Source: Epithemia pelagica | Lineage: Eukaryota > Protista > Bacillariophyta | Length of the DNA stretch: 64,000 nt | NCBI GenBank assembly: GCA_946965045.2 | Contig: OX337232.1 | Location: forward strand, 2,108,001 to 2,172,000 | Direction: 5' to 3' | Shown here: in pieces, positions 34,478 through 45,588 of the stretch | Position numbering within the stretch: the stretch's first letter is position 1 | Layout of the letters: every line of letters begins with the position of its first letter | Notes under the pieces: model-generated | What the model saw: only the letters and a program-made list of their open reading frames with translations | Told to the model about the DNA's origin: nothing | Database searches by the model: none | Program-made: the position numbers and the translations under genes

Positions 34478-35046
34478 GCATTCTGGTGTACAAGAAGGGC
34501 TACTTTTATTCACCGTGGCGAAGAGCGCTGTTTCATGGTATTCTAGTGGAACATGTATAAAAGAAAGTTTATTTGATAGTTTTCCGTACCGCGTCGTAGG
34601 AGACCATTGGCGTATTAAGAAGTAGGGAAAGACGAATCCACTCACGTCCTGTCCTTGACACTCGTTCATGATTATTTATTTCCCACAACTCACCATCCAG
34701 GAGTCTCCACATCATAAAGCTCTCTCTCATGCTCCTATCATTTTTCGTTCAGAGATACGTGCGTCTCGTGTTTGGACAAACGAATCTGCTATCACCTCGT
34801 AAAAGGAGTTATCTACGAAGCACACCATAGGGACATATATTGGTCTAAGTCATCCCTACTATTCTCTGGTGTTACCAACACGATAAGTTTAGGACGTCGA
34901 TGTATTTCTGGCGCACACGAAAGGTCATGGTCTTCCCTCCCGATGGAAGTTTCACAAAACATGAATTACTAATCGATTTTAAGGCCCATTGATTATGGCT
35001 GGGTGGTGATGTTCTTACGGGCGACGGGGAAGTACTCGCTACGATC

Positions 35047-35698
35047 TTACACGCAGCAGCATGATTGTTCTTCATTGGGGTAGTTTTCCGGGGACATGAT
35101 GCCATTTCGGATTTCTTGAATCAAAAAGATGTGAGGATAGGCAAAGAAGACGTTATAAAGCAATCCTCCAATATTGAGAGAAATAAGAGCCAACACACTG
35201 CCGACACAGTACCACGCGGCAGCAACGCCAACCATCCAAACAGTGTATTTCATGGAGCCCGCAATTCCAAGGCCAGAACACAAAAGCTGTATACAATAAA
35301 GAGAAACATAATAAAGTGAGAATTGATTGTGTGAACAAATAAATGACCCGCAAGGATTTTCTTCCATCTGCAAATTCGGGACCTTGACAACGTACATTCA
35401 AACCAAGAAGGGCAAAGATGACACCATTCATCTCGCTGGGGTAGTTGGCCAAAGCCTCCTTCATTTGATCGTCATCGATATTCTCGACGTTGGCAGATGC
35501 TGTCGTCATGACCAAGACGGCCATGAGTTGGAATCCCACAAGACACATGTTGACAAGGTCAACAATGATGACAGCACGACGCATGTCGCAACATCCTCCA
35601 CAGCACTTGTGGCCTTGTTTGACCCCAGCGCCATTTTCTTGACCCGCAATAGGCTTGGCCAATTCGTACTCGGTTTCCTCTTTTTCCGTTGAACTCAT
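35047..35698 (-). CDS. Small multi-TM protein, paralog 1 (CCGGCCDMRRAVII...NYPxEEQSCCCV); exons 35698..35396, 35286..35047
   Basis: Intron 35287..35395 joins the ORF fragments in frame. Motifs are shared with paralogs 2 and 3. Confidence 0.85.
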
Positions 35699-36211
35699 GA
35701 TGATAAAGAAGCTAATCAATGGAAGGATTGTATGGAAGTGATTATTGTTGTTACCTCCGTGTTGTGTCCGTGTCCGGGGCCGTGAAGAAGACCATCCGGA
35801 AGAAGAACATCACACACGATCGAAAAGGCGTTATAAATCGGCTTTGGACATTGTATTAATTAGTACTCAGAGCGCAAGCCATATCTCATTCTACCATATC
35901 ACAGAGTCGCCAATCTCGTAAATATTGTAGATATGATCGGACATGTACCATGCGTTTCAGTTATAGGAGCGTTAAAATGACTTTGCTGCTCATATTGTAC
36001 GGATAGGATTAGGGTTAAGGCCTGCTTCCGAATCCTCCTGCCCCCAACTTTCGATCGTGTATTATTGTTCTTCCGAATGCATGAGGCTTCGTCTCAAAGA
36101 TTTCGCATCTTTCATCATCTACTTGTGAGAACATTGAAGATTGGGAAGAAGAAGCCAACAAACAACCCCACCGACAATCCTTCCTTTGATAAGCGTAATA
36201 TTATCACCATC

Positions 36212-36794
36212 ATGAGTTCAACGGAAACGCCGGGAACTGAGTACGAATTGGCCCCACCAATTGTTAGTCAAGAAAATCGTGCTGGAGGTGTGGCTCGGGT
36301 GAAGCAAGGCCACAAATGCTGTGGAGGATGTTGCGACATGCGCCGTGCTGTGATCATTGTTAACATTGTCAACATTTGTCTTATGGGACTAAGAAACCTT
36401 GCCATGGCCTTTGTATGGGGGATGGCGACAAACGGTAGAGACAGCAATGCAATCACTTTTTACCATTATGTTTTGGAAGTACGTATTCAGGGATCGTTTC
36501 ATTTTTGTCCAGAATCAATCTCAGTATGCTCATCATTCGTCCCTTTGTATGCAGGTTTCGTGTTCTCCTCTTGGTATTTTAGGTTCCATGAGATACAATG
36601 TTTGGATGGTTGGCTTTGCCGCTGCTGTGTATTATGCTGATTTTGTGATGGCTCTTGTTGCTCTCAATATTCCACGTTCAGTGTACATGGCCTTCTTCCT
36701 ATATCCGCACTTCTTTTTGATTCAGGAAATCCGAAGTGGTATCATGTCCCCGGAAAACTACCCCAATGAAGAGCAGTCATGCTGCTGCGTTTAA
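36212..36794 (+). CDS. Small multi-TM protein, paralog 2; exons 36212..36478, 36555..36794
   Basis: Intron 36479..36554 (gtacgt...tgcag) lies at the homologous position. The protein ends NYPNEEQSCCCV. Confidence 0.85.
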
Positions 36795-37478
36795 ACATTG
36801 CCACAGCTACCAAGCATTTCCGTCAACTTTTTGTGTGTATATATGACGAGCCCGAGATGTGTTTGAAGTTTCACGTCACCTGAAAGTTCTACCTAAGTAA
36901 TAGAATATGACGCCGCTGTACCTGTGCTTGGCAGATGAGAAATGTAGTTCGTTCTTTTTCGGGGAACTCGGATTTTACTTGGTAATGGTGGTTTCCGAGA
37001 TCCATGCAATATCATGAATTTGATTGAATTTGCGAGAACTTACAGCAATTGCTGGAGTCTTTAGAGTCCATCACTCCCAAATCAGGGGGAGATAATATGG
37101 TAGAGCAATTACCAGCACATGCTGTAACTGTAACTGCCATCTTTACTATATCTGGGACCCATGGTGCTTTTGTCAGTCCAGGGCTTAGGAGTGCTTTATA
37201 GCCAAGAACATGATTGTCTTCCGGTTCCCTGCAACTCTGAAAGAAGGAACCGTTTCCCTGTAAGTTTAACTCAAAGGAGGAAATCTTCGTAGGAGTATAT
37301 CTAGTCATGATGATCTTCGAACTTCGAACAAAGACAAAGACGCCTCATGATTCGGAAGCTGGGTAATGACATATAGGGTTAAGGATAACTTGAACGGTAT
37401 CTTCTCCAACCCGTGAATGTCAAGAACGGGTTCGGTTCGTCCAATTTCTTCTCAACTTTATCAGCAACAACTTTCACC

Positions 37479-38104
37479 ATGAGTTCAAAGGAAGGACAGC
37501 CTCTTTTGGCACAGACCGTTCAAGCACAGGCCGTCCGGCCTGCCGTGAAGCAAGGCAGCATGTTCTGCGGAGCATGTTGTGATATGCGTCGGGCTGTGAT
37601 TATTGTAAACATTGTCAATATATGCATGGAGGTCATGATGGTCCTTTTCATGGGTATAGCACTTGCGGAGAGTGGCAATGCCGATCACAAAAGTACCGAA
37701 ATTTTGGACGATGATGAGGTCATTGACGCCCTTACAAACTATCCTAAAACAAGTGCTGGCGTAGTTTACTTTGTCGCTTTCCTGAATGTACGTTCTTTCA
37801 TCACTCGGGCTCAAATTAAGAGTCTTGATTCTCAATCATCTTTTTTGTTGTTCGATTTCAATTATAGGTGCTAGTCTCAGCTGTTGGAATTACGGGTGCT
37901 GCGCAGTATAGAGCAGGGATGGTTGGCTTGACGGCTGCTTGGCACACGGTGGGGGCCATTCTGTCTTTGCTAGTCTTCAACCCCTCCGTCGTGTACTATG
38001 CTCTGTTTGCGTACCCTCACTTCTTTTTGATTCATGAGATTAAGAATGGCATCATGACACCAGAAAACTACCCTATTGAGAAGCAATCTTGCTGCTGTGT
38101 GTAG
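37479..38104 (+). CDS. Small multi-TM protein, paralog 3; exons 37479..37787, 37868..38104
   Basis: Intron 37788..37867 lies at the homologous position. FCGACCDMRRAVIIVNIV ... NYPIEKQSCCCV. Confidence 0.85.
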
Positions 38105-38323
38105 ATCTATGACGTAGAAATAATAATAAAGACATTACAATTATCAATATAATAGCTTGCGTTATTTGACTTAGGGTGGTCAAATACTTTATATTTGCTC
38201 CAGTGCGAGTTTAATTGGTTGTTAATTGGCTCTCAATGCAGTTAAGAGCAGTGTTATCGATACATGATGCGACCAAAGGAGATGAAGAAACGGCCTCTCC
38301 TATTAATGATTCTTTTTCATGTC

Positions 38324-39748
38324 TCAAAATTGATACGGCATGCGTGTCCAGTTTTGTATTTGTACGGACCGAACTTCTTTGCAAAATCGTAGGGCCACTG
38401 TACGGCTCCCTCGTACATTGACACGCTGCAAATTGGGTGCATGAATCGAGCATTGATCCAAACGCTTGCACTGCGCCAAATTCAGTTCGGATAGATGCGG
38501 TGCCACCACCTCCAGCCGCGTTACGGGCAAGACCGAAACAGACAAACAATCAAGGGCGAGAGCCTGGTTCAAAATCAACGTGTCGAGGGACACACAGGCA
38601 TCCGTGTCCAATGTCTCCAGTCGAGGGCATTGCAAACGAAGAAAGTGCAACGAATCGCAATGGCCGACATTGAGTGACTTGAGCGTTTCTGATTCCAATT
38701 GCAAGTCTTGTAGCAAACCGCATTTGACGAGTTTCAGTTCTTCCAATTTTGGCAGAGCGTTCAAGACGGAATGAATGGAATCATTGGACAATCGAAAGCA
38801 AAAGGACAAGTTGAGGGATCGGAGTGTGGGACAGGAAAAGTATGGTAAACCCTGAAGGGCAAAGGACCCCATAAGGCTCAAATGTTGCAGTCGTTGCAAC
38901 GACAGGACCGGAGTTTTTAACCGTAAGCACTGGGTGAGGGTCAACCTTGTCAATGATTCACCAACCTGTGTGACCAATGCTCGAATTTGATCGTCGCGAA
39001 CTGAAGAACATCGCGATAATGTCAAACTTTCCAATTTGCAGATTGGACGTGTGAATACTGCCCTTGCAACTGACTGACCGACACAAGTGTTTTCGCCGAT
39101 TCCGACCAGAAGTCCCAAGGATGATGATCGAATGGTACCAGATAATATGCGTAATTCCTTCAAGTTCTCTAATCTCAATGCATTTTGACACCAGTACGAG
39201 AGATTGACCTCGCTCAGAGTGAGATGCTTGATTTTGACTGCCGCCGTAGATTGGTTCAGAATGGGAAACAAAGAGTCTCCAATCGGCCCCACTCCGCAAA
39301 GGTGCAAGGTTGTCAAATTCTGATAGCGAGTCAGCATCTTAGTCAAAATCGAACCTGTTATTCGAAAGCATACTGTTGATTGTTGACGATCCGTTTGCGA
39401 GCTTCTTGAAGGTGCTCCATTGCTGAGTTCGAATGGGTCATCCATGAACAAATGAGTCGCACCTGAAATGGCCCCATACATTCGTTTGGAACAGACGCTG
39501 AGATTGACCAAATCAGAAAGTCGAAGAAAGGTTGTCAACACATTCCAGGTGTCCAGAGGAAGTTCTTCAATGGGAAGGTACCCATTTCCTGCTGTTGGAC
39601 AGGTATCATAATCCATCCCATCCTCTTCGACAGAACACAAGGAAGACGACCAATCGATGTTGCCTCCATCCAAGACCTCATCTTCTGTATGTTCAAAATC
39701 CATGAACTCGGGCATTGCGATTCCAATTGCTAAAGGAAATGCCTCCAA
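38324..39748 (-). CDS. F-box/leucine-rich repeat protein (start uncertain)
   Basis: F-box-like IEELPLDTWNVLTTFLRLSDLVNLSVCSKRM followed by Cys-containing LRRs (LxxLxLxxC). Confidence 0.88.
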   Translation of the reverse strand: MEAFPLAIGIAMPEFMDFEHTEDEVLDGGNIDWSSSLCSVEEDGMDYDTCPTAGNGYLPIEELPLDTWNVLTTFLRLSDLVNLSVCSKRMYGAISGATHLFMDDPFELSNGAPSRSSQTDRQQSTVCFRITGSILTKMLTRYQNLTTLHLCGVGPIGDSLFPILNQSTAAVKIKHLTLSEVNLSYWCQNALRLENLKELRILSGTIRSSSLGLLVGIGENTCVGQSVARAVFTRPICKLESLTLSRCSSVRDDQIRALVTQVGESLTRLTLTQCLRLKTPVLSLQRLQHLSLMGSFALQGLPYFSCPTLRSLNLSFCFRLSNDSIHSVLNALPKLEELKLVKCGLLQDLQLESETLKSLNVGHCDSLHFLRLQCPRLETLDTDACVSLDTLILNQALALDCLSVSVLPVTRLEVVAPHLSELNLAQCKRLDQCSIHAPNLQRVNVRGSRTVALRFCKEVRSVQIQNWTRMPYQF

Positions 39749-40158
39749 ACTTACTGTCGTCGACGTCCAGTGAGAAAGGATGATGGAACGTCGTCACTTG
39801 GCCATCTCGCAGAACTTTAACTTGAAAGTTCGGCTACGATATTAATGGATGGTCAAAAACGCGACCATGGTCTTGGATGGAGAAACCACGCGATCCGCGA
39901 TGCCCGCCGCGGTCTCGCGTCTCGCACGCTGGCATTCGGCGCGAGGCAGCCGCGCTCTGTTCGCTCTAATGGTCTGTCCGGCCGTCCACCTTACCCTTTG
40001 TCTCCGCCAAGAAAAAAATCAACACGCCCAAGATTCAGGTGAAGACGAACATACAATGTTATGAATAGATCCTATCACAGTCTCAAGAGGACATTGGAGC
40101 TCATATCGGGAAGAACAAGGTGCAAGTGAAACAAAAAGATCCTTGGGATGAGGACAAA

Positions 40159-42174
40159 ATGAGTGGTGATGCAGTCCGTGAGAACGATACTATAGAGAAC
40201 GGCAAAGAAGTCTCTGATAATTCCGACGACGACTCGTCCAGTAGCAGCAGCTCAAGCAGTAGCAGTTCAAGCAACAGTAGCAGCTCAAGTAGCAGCAGCA
40301 GTTCAAGCAGTAGCAGCTCTAGTAAGAGCAGCTCAAGCAACAGGAGCAAGAGCAGTAATCAAGATGGTTCTGGAGAACATCGATCAGACGGTCCGCTCTC
40401 CGAGAAACACAGCGTTGTAAACGTTAAGGATGATGATGGGAACGCACAAGTCGATAAATCAGACGGTCCGCAAGCAGAGAAACACAGTGTTGTAAACGTT
40501 AATGGGAACGCACAAGTCCATACATCAGGGAAACACAGTGATGCAAACGCTAAGGATAATGGTGGGAACGCACATGTCGATACATCAGACAGTCCGCAAG
40601 CAGAGAAACACAGCAATGTACATGTTAAGGATGATGGTGGGAACGCGCAAGTCGAAACAAAACCGAACATAGAGGGTGGGCGGTCAAGTAATTCACCAGA
40701 CCACAGCAGCACAGGCAGCAGCAGTAGTAGCTCAAGCAGCAGTAGCTCAAGCAGCAGTAGCTCCAGCAGCAGTAGCTCAAGCAGCAGTAGCTCAAGCAGC
40801 CATGGCGACGAACCCGGAAAACCTTTACCTGACGGACACAGTAAACAAGAGCAGTCACCTATCAGTGTGAATGTCAATGATGGTGGTGTGGACGTCCAGG
40901 TCGACCAGGAACCGAAAAAGGAAGGTGGAGAATGTAACAATTCTAAAGGTGACATCATTCCAAACAGCGATCACAGCAACTGTTTTGAGGAAGGTGGCGC
41001 TGCCGAAATTACCTTGGGCGAGAAAGATGAGGATGGTCTCGGAGAGAAGGAAGCTGGTCGAGGAGCCTCTTCAGGCGAATCGAACAATCGAGAATCTTAT
41101 CAAAAACCACAGCAAGAAGAAAATGTTTCACCTCGTACAGACTCACAACATGCTCGATCGAGTGAGATGAAGACAGTTGACCATGAACAAGCCGAATTGA
41201 AGGCAAATTTATCTGCAACAGATAAGGAAAATGAAAACAATCGGAGCACCACTACCGATAGCGGAGATGATTGCAGTGCGAGTGGTAGTAGCGATAGCGA
41301 CGAGGACGTTAGCGAAGATGAAGAGGCGAATGCCGATGTCGATGAGTTGCAAGTTAGAGATGGAGCGGAGACTGGGAGACAGAATGAAGGTGACAAGAGT
41401 TACATTGGGCATGCGAATAACCACGGAAATGGCAACCAGCCTGGCCATTCGCCATCGAGTGGACTCGGTTCACCGTCGACTGGTAAATCTCGAGTCCACC
41501 CGCGAAAGCGACGATTGAACTTTGGGGAAAATACCATGACTCACATACGCCCTGGCTCGGTGGCTCCCATGGGATTGGTTTCTGCCAGGCTAGAACAAAT
41601 ACGTCCACCGTCTGGTGGATTGCGAGCAATGTGTGATAGAGCATCTCGGGAAGACTCCCGAGTAGGAATGGAACAAGCTAGAATTGTGGCGCAACAGAGT
41701 TCAGGAGCATCATATGGAGGAATATCATCGGATTATCTGGCTTCTCATGCAGCCGTGAAAGTCAACAAGAAGAAGCGCAAAAAGGCAAATGCTCCCTCCA
41801 CAGCTGGTAGTGGATGGTTCGGTATGCGTCCCACAGAACTGACGGATGACGTGAAACATGACATGACTTTAATTCGTAATCGAAATTATTTGGATCCCAA
41901 GCGTTTCTACAAGTCGGCAGATATGAAGCCGGGTCAAACGTCAATGATTCAGAAAGGGACAGTGGTCGAAGGACCGACCGAATATTACAGTAGCCGATTG
42001 ACAAAAAAGCAACGACGGAACAATTTGGTTGAAGAGCTCATGGCAGATCCACAGTCGTCCAACTATGTCCAAAAACGATATAAGAAAATGCAGCAAGAGA
42101 ATGGAGAAGTGCACCGAAAATGGAAGAAACGAAATCCGAATGGTAGAGTAAAAGATTATCGTAAACTTAAATAG
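40159..42174 (+). CDS. FCF2: Fcf2 pre-rRNA processing protein with a long Ser-rich/repetitive N-terminal extension
   Basis: C-terminal AGSGWFGM, LIRNRNYLDPKRFYK, GTVVEGPTEYYSSRLTKKQR and LVEELMAD motifs. Confidence 0.88.
   Translation: MSGDAVRENDTIENGKEVSDNSDDDSSSSSSSSSSSSSNSSSSSSSSSSSSSSSSKSSSSNRSKSSNQDGSGEHRSDGPLSEKHSVVNVKDDDGNAQVDKSDGPQAEKHSVVNVNGNAQVHTSGKHSDANAKDNGGNAHVDTSDSPQAEKHSNVHVKDDGGNAQVETKPNIEGGRSSNSPDHSSTGSSSSSSSSSSSSSSSSSSSSSSSSSSSSHGDEPGKPLPDGHSKQEQSPISVNVNDGGVDVQVDQEPKKEGGECNNSKGDIIPNSDHSNCFEEGGAAEITLGEKDEDGLGEKEAGRGASSGESNNRESYQKPQQEENVSPRTDSQHARSSEMKTVDHEQAELKANLSATDKENENNRSTTTDSGDDCSASGSSDSDEDVSEDEEANADVDELQVRDGAETGRQNEGDKSYIGHANNHGNGNQPGHSPSSGLGSPSTGKSRVHPRKRRLNFGENTMTHIRPGSVAPMGLVSARLEQIRPPSGGLRAMCDRASREDSRVGMEQARIVAQQSSGASYGGISSDYLASHAAVKVNKKKRKKANAPSTAGSGWFGMRPTELTDDVKHDMTLIRNRNYLDPKRFYKSADMKPGQTSMIQKGTVVEGPTEYYSSRLTKKQRRNNLVEELMADPQSSNYVQKRYKKMQQENGEVHRKWKKRNPNGRVKDYRKLK
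40241..40920 (+). repeat. Coding repeats in FCF2: two poly-Ser tracts (AGCAGTAGCTCAAGC-like units) flanking 4-5 copies of a ~20-aa unit (SDGPxxEKHSVVNVKDDGGNAQVD)
   Basis: Visible both in the DNA (AAACACAG...GGGAACGC recurring 40400..40650) and in the translation. Confidence 0.85.
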
Positions 42175-42435
42175 AAAGGTAGACTCCCGTTTTATTCCCT
42201 CTATTTGTAGTCATGATACCTAGAATGCTCTAAAATTATAGACGGACGATCTTTGTGAGGCAGATAAGGGGCACTTTCCTTACATTGTTTCAAACAAAAC
42301 ATTACCCCCGTGTAAGTTCACATCTGAGCAAAAGTTATGCCAACACAGCCGTTTGCAGTCAATGTCAAACAACAGTTTTGGCGAAATATACAACATCATA
42401 AACTAAATCCTTCACACGACAAGGTGGTGCTCAGG

Positions 42436-44891
42436 TCAAGACGTTGGGGCAGATTCTGCAAATTTCACCCCCGGAGAAATCACGATGTCACCGTACGGCG
42501 TATCTTGGTCTACTTCAATAAAGTCCCAGGTCTTGAGTTGCAAGAGCTCGAAAAAGACACCTACGGCAGTGCGGCGTGAGCAACCTTCTGACAATGCATT
42601 GTAGGACAAATGTGGTTCTTTCTCTTCAGTTTCAGCATTCAAGGTACCCACTGGTGCCATGCGACTCTTGAGCAAGGAATAAACCTTGAGAGTATGCTTG
42701 TGCCACTTTGAATTGCTCGATACGATTTCATCGCCGGCTTCTTGACGCTCGTCTTCTTCTTGTTCCTCACCATCCCATTGCATATCCTCCCCCAGAGAGT
42801 TGACCAGCCCCAGATCTAAGCTGGACTTGGAATTCGAATTACCAAGTTTCTCGTCAGATTCATCCATGTCAATATCTTCTTCAGGTACATCAAGTGGAGG
42901 CTCCTCATCATCCGCCAAAATAGGCGCTTCTTCCTCTTCTTCAATCGAAGGAAACGGGACTTCTTCATCATCGTCTTGCGGTAGTTCCATCATTGGTTCG
43001 TCATCATCGATTCCAGGTACACTGGTCGCATCCATGTCATTGTTCTTACCCCGACGAGCTACTTCCACTTCATCCTCATTTGTATGGCCTTGACCATCAC
43101 CGTCTTGTTTCTTGTCGACATTGGTTTCCTTTTCAAGAGTCACTCGACTTGCAGTTTCTCTTGCCACCTCGTCTCTTAGTTTCGCGGTGCGTTCCCATAC
43201 ACCCAGCATTTCAGGCGATGCACCCCCTTCATCTGCCAGTGCCGGTCGATCAAAAAGCTTCTCATACGATAAAAAGTTGATGATGGTAGGATCAAGGTTG
43301 TAAGAGGATAATCCTACAAAGTCGGACGGTTTAAATTCGGTTCCTTCTGCGGCAGACGATTCTGAGTCGGACGATGATCTTTGCCTCTCAACGGCTTCTG
43401 GCACAATCGGTGGCGGTATTGTGAAGAGATCCTCAGTATGTCGAAGCATTTGTCGGATTTCATCGCTTGTAAGTTCGATTTGTTCATCATCCGTCGACCA
43501 AATCTTACGGCGTTTTCGTTTCCGTGCTTTTTGGACGCTACCGCTTGAAGATTTGCGCTTCTGATTCAGGTAGTCCTGGTCCTCATCAACAACCGGAGCA
43601 TCATCACCACTTCCGTCACCCAAGCTCACAGCTGCAATTGAAGATCCATCACGTTCTTTCAGAGGAGAGGGAAATGGTTCTTCAAGAGTCAAGCTGGCGT
43701 GGTTCCCATTCTCAGCAAGCTCTGGATTTATATCATTCTCATCATCATTTAATAGAGGAATGTCACTCAGATCATTTTCTAAAGAAAATTCAGCTTCGGA
43801 TATTCGCTTCTTTCCATCCTTCTCCTTACTTTCATCTGTCCCAATACTCAGCAAGAGAGAAGACGGACGACCGGAAGACTATTTCACCCACGTGAAAAGA
43901 CAACATGTGAGACAATACTTCGCTTTCTGTCTTTTCGCAGCCGTTGAAACTCACGTACCCTCGGGTCGGACTCTACCGATTGGTTTGCACGAGGGATTTC
44001 TACTTCCAAGCTACTGTGGTCACTGGTGTCAGGAGGAAGAGGAGTCTGATTATCATCGTCGCCTGCAGGCGGCAATGGTGCATCTTCCTCGTCCATCATC
44101 GGAATTGGCGCATCTTCTTCCTCTTCTCCATCGTCTGGATCAAATGCGGTCCACTGCTCCTCCCTCGAAGCTGCCAAAGACGAGCGATGTCCCCCACTCT
44201 CTGAATAAAAATCGTCTTCGAGGGAATGCAATGTTAAATCGGCCGCCGCGCGTGCCTTACTCAGTGGTTGATTCGGTGAATGTTCTTGTGTCTGGTCCGG
44301 ACTCGTGGGCAAACCGAGTGCGGCCGCGGCTTCCGCAGCGGCGGGGTTTCCGTCTTGTCCCATGGCATCTGATGGAGCCCAGTCTGCATTGTCATCCTCA
44401 TCCTCATTCAAATCAAACGGGATTCCAAATCCCTGCATGGCAAATGCAGCGGGAATGGATCCCACATCGGTCTCTTCGGCCTCGTGAACATCCTTATCTC
44501 TGGTTCTTCTACGACGGCGGGAAGGCTCCTTCCCACCGCCATCTTCTGCATTTTCGGCGTCCGCTGCCATGTCATCATCTGCCGTAATGGTTTGGTTGAT
44601 CGCTTTGGAAGATTGTGGAATAAAGGCCATTTGAATTTGGACCATGGCTTGGTGACAATCTTGCCACAGATACTGTACTTTCTTACTATAAATTCGAACG
44701 ACTCCCAACAGCAAGTGTCCTGATACACGCAAGGCCAAAGGTACTGCGGGGTGTACGATACTCTCGACCGATGCTCCAATGTCAGTGGCAAAAATTTGCG
44801 CCCGACTCAATTTGCGATCTTGGAAATGAGCCGCCATCCATAAATGGCCAAGTGGGCCCTTCTTGGCCAGGATAATTTGTGAATAAAACAT
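42436..44891 (-). CDS. RAD21: Cohesin kleisin RAD21/SCC1 (REC8 family); exons 44891..43959, 43878..42436
   Basis: N-terminal MFYSQIILAKKGPLGHLWMAAH and ALRVSGHLLLGVVRIY; C-terminal winged helix RRTAVGVFFELLQLK...QDTPYGDI. Intron 43879..43958 is phase 0. Confidence 0.95.
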
Positions 44892-45588
44892 GGTGTTGGT
44901 ATTGTATATGAATCAACAAGTTTCAGTGCGAAACGATGCTGCAAGCAAAGTGATCCAAGAGATAAACACCAGAGTTTTTAGGTAAGGGCTGGAAGACGGT
45001 ACCAAGAAAGCATGGACTCTCTTTATCTTACCGATGCCTTTCTTTGAATTTTGCACTTCACTTTGGTTCTATTCGCAGGCACATGCGAAAAATGGAACGA
45101 ACAAGTATCTCTGGGTTGGCTTTCTTGGAATGAAATTCTCCTAGACAGCCATTGTCGTTGGCGTTGCTTGGTTAGTGTGCTGCCGTGCGGATGTGTTTGT
45201 GTGCTGTGTTGTGTGTGCCTCTCGCCCAGCGAGCCGAAATCGGACAGTCCATGTGACAGTCAGTTGTCGCCACTACTGTTTATGGGACTGTGTCTGTCGC
45301 CTTCTGTCGCCAGAGTTTTTTCATGCCAAAAGCGATCGCACAAAGAAGTGGTTTTGTGCGCCTTGTCGATGGACGGACGGCGCTCTCGCGTGCCTGTCAA
45401 TCACGATGAGTCTGCACTGCGGGCGCGCGCCCGTCGTGCTCGGGAAGGTCGGAGCCCGCCACAAAACGCAGCGCACTCTCCCTGTTTCTTGCGGCGGGGA
45501 AAATTGCCACCAACAACCGCGCATTCCATCTAAACCGCATTTCTCATTTCTCATTTCTCAATAGTGTGGTCCCAAGCTCTCTAGAATC

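Noticed and set aside
37012-37308. 98-aa minus-strand ORF between membrane paralogs 2 and 3
   Set aside because: No recognisable domain and no similarity to the paralogs.
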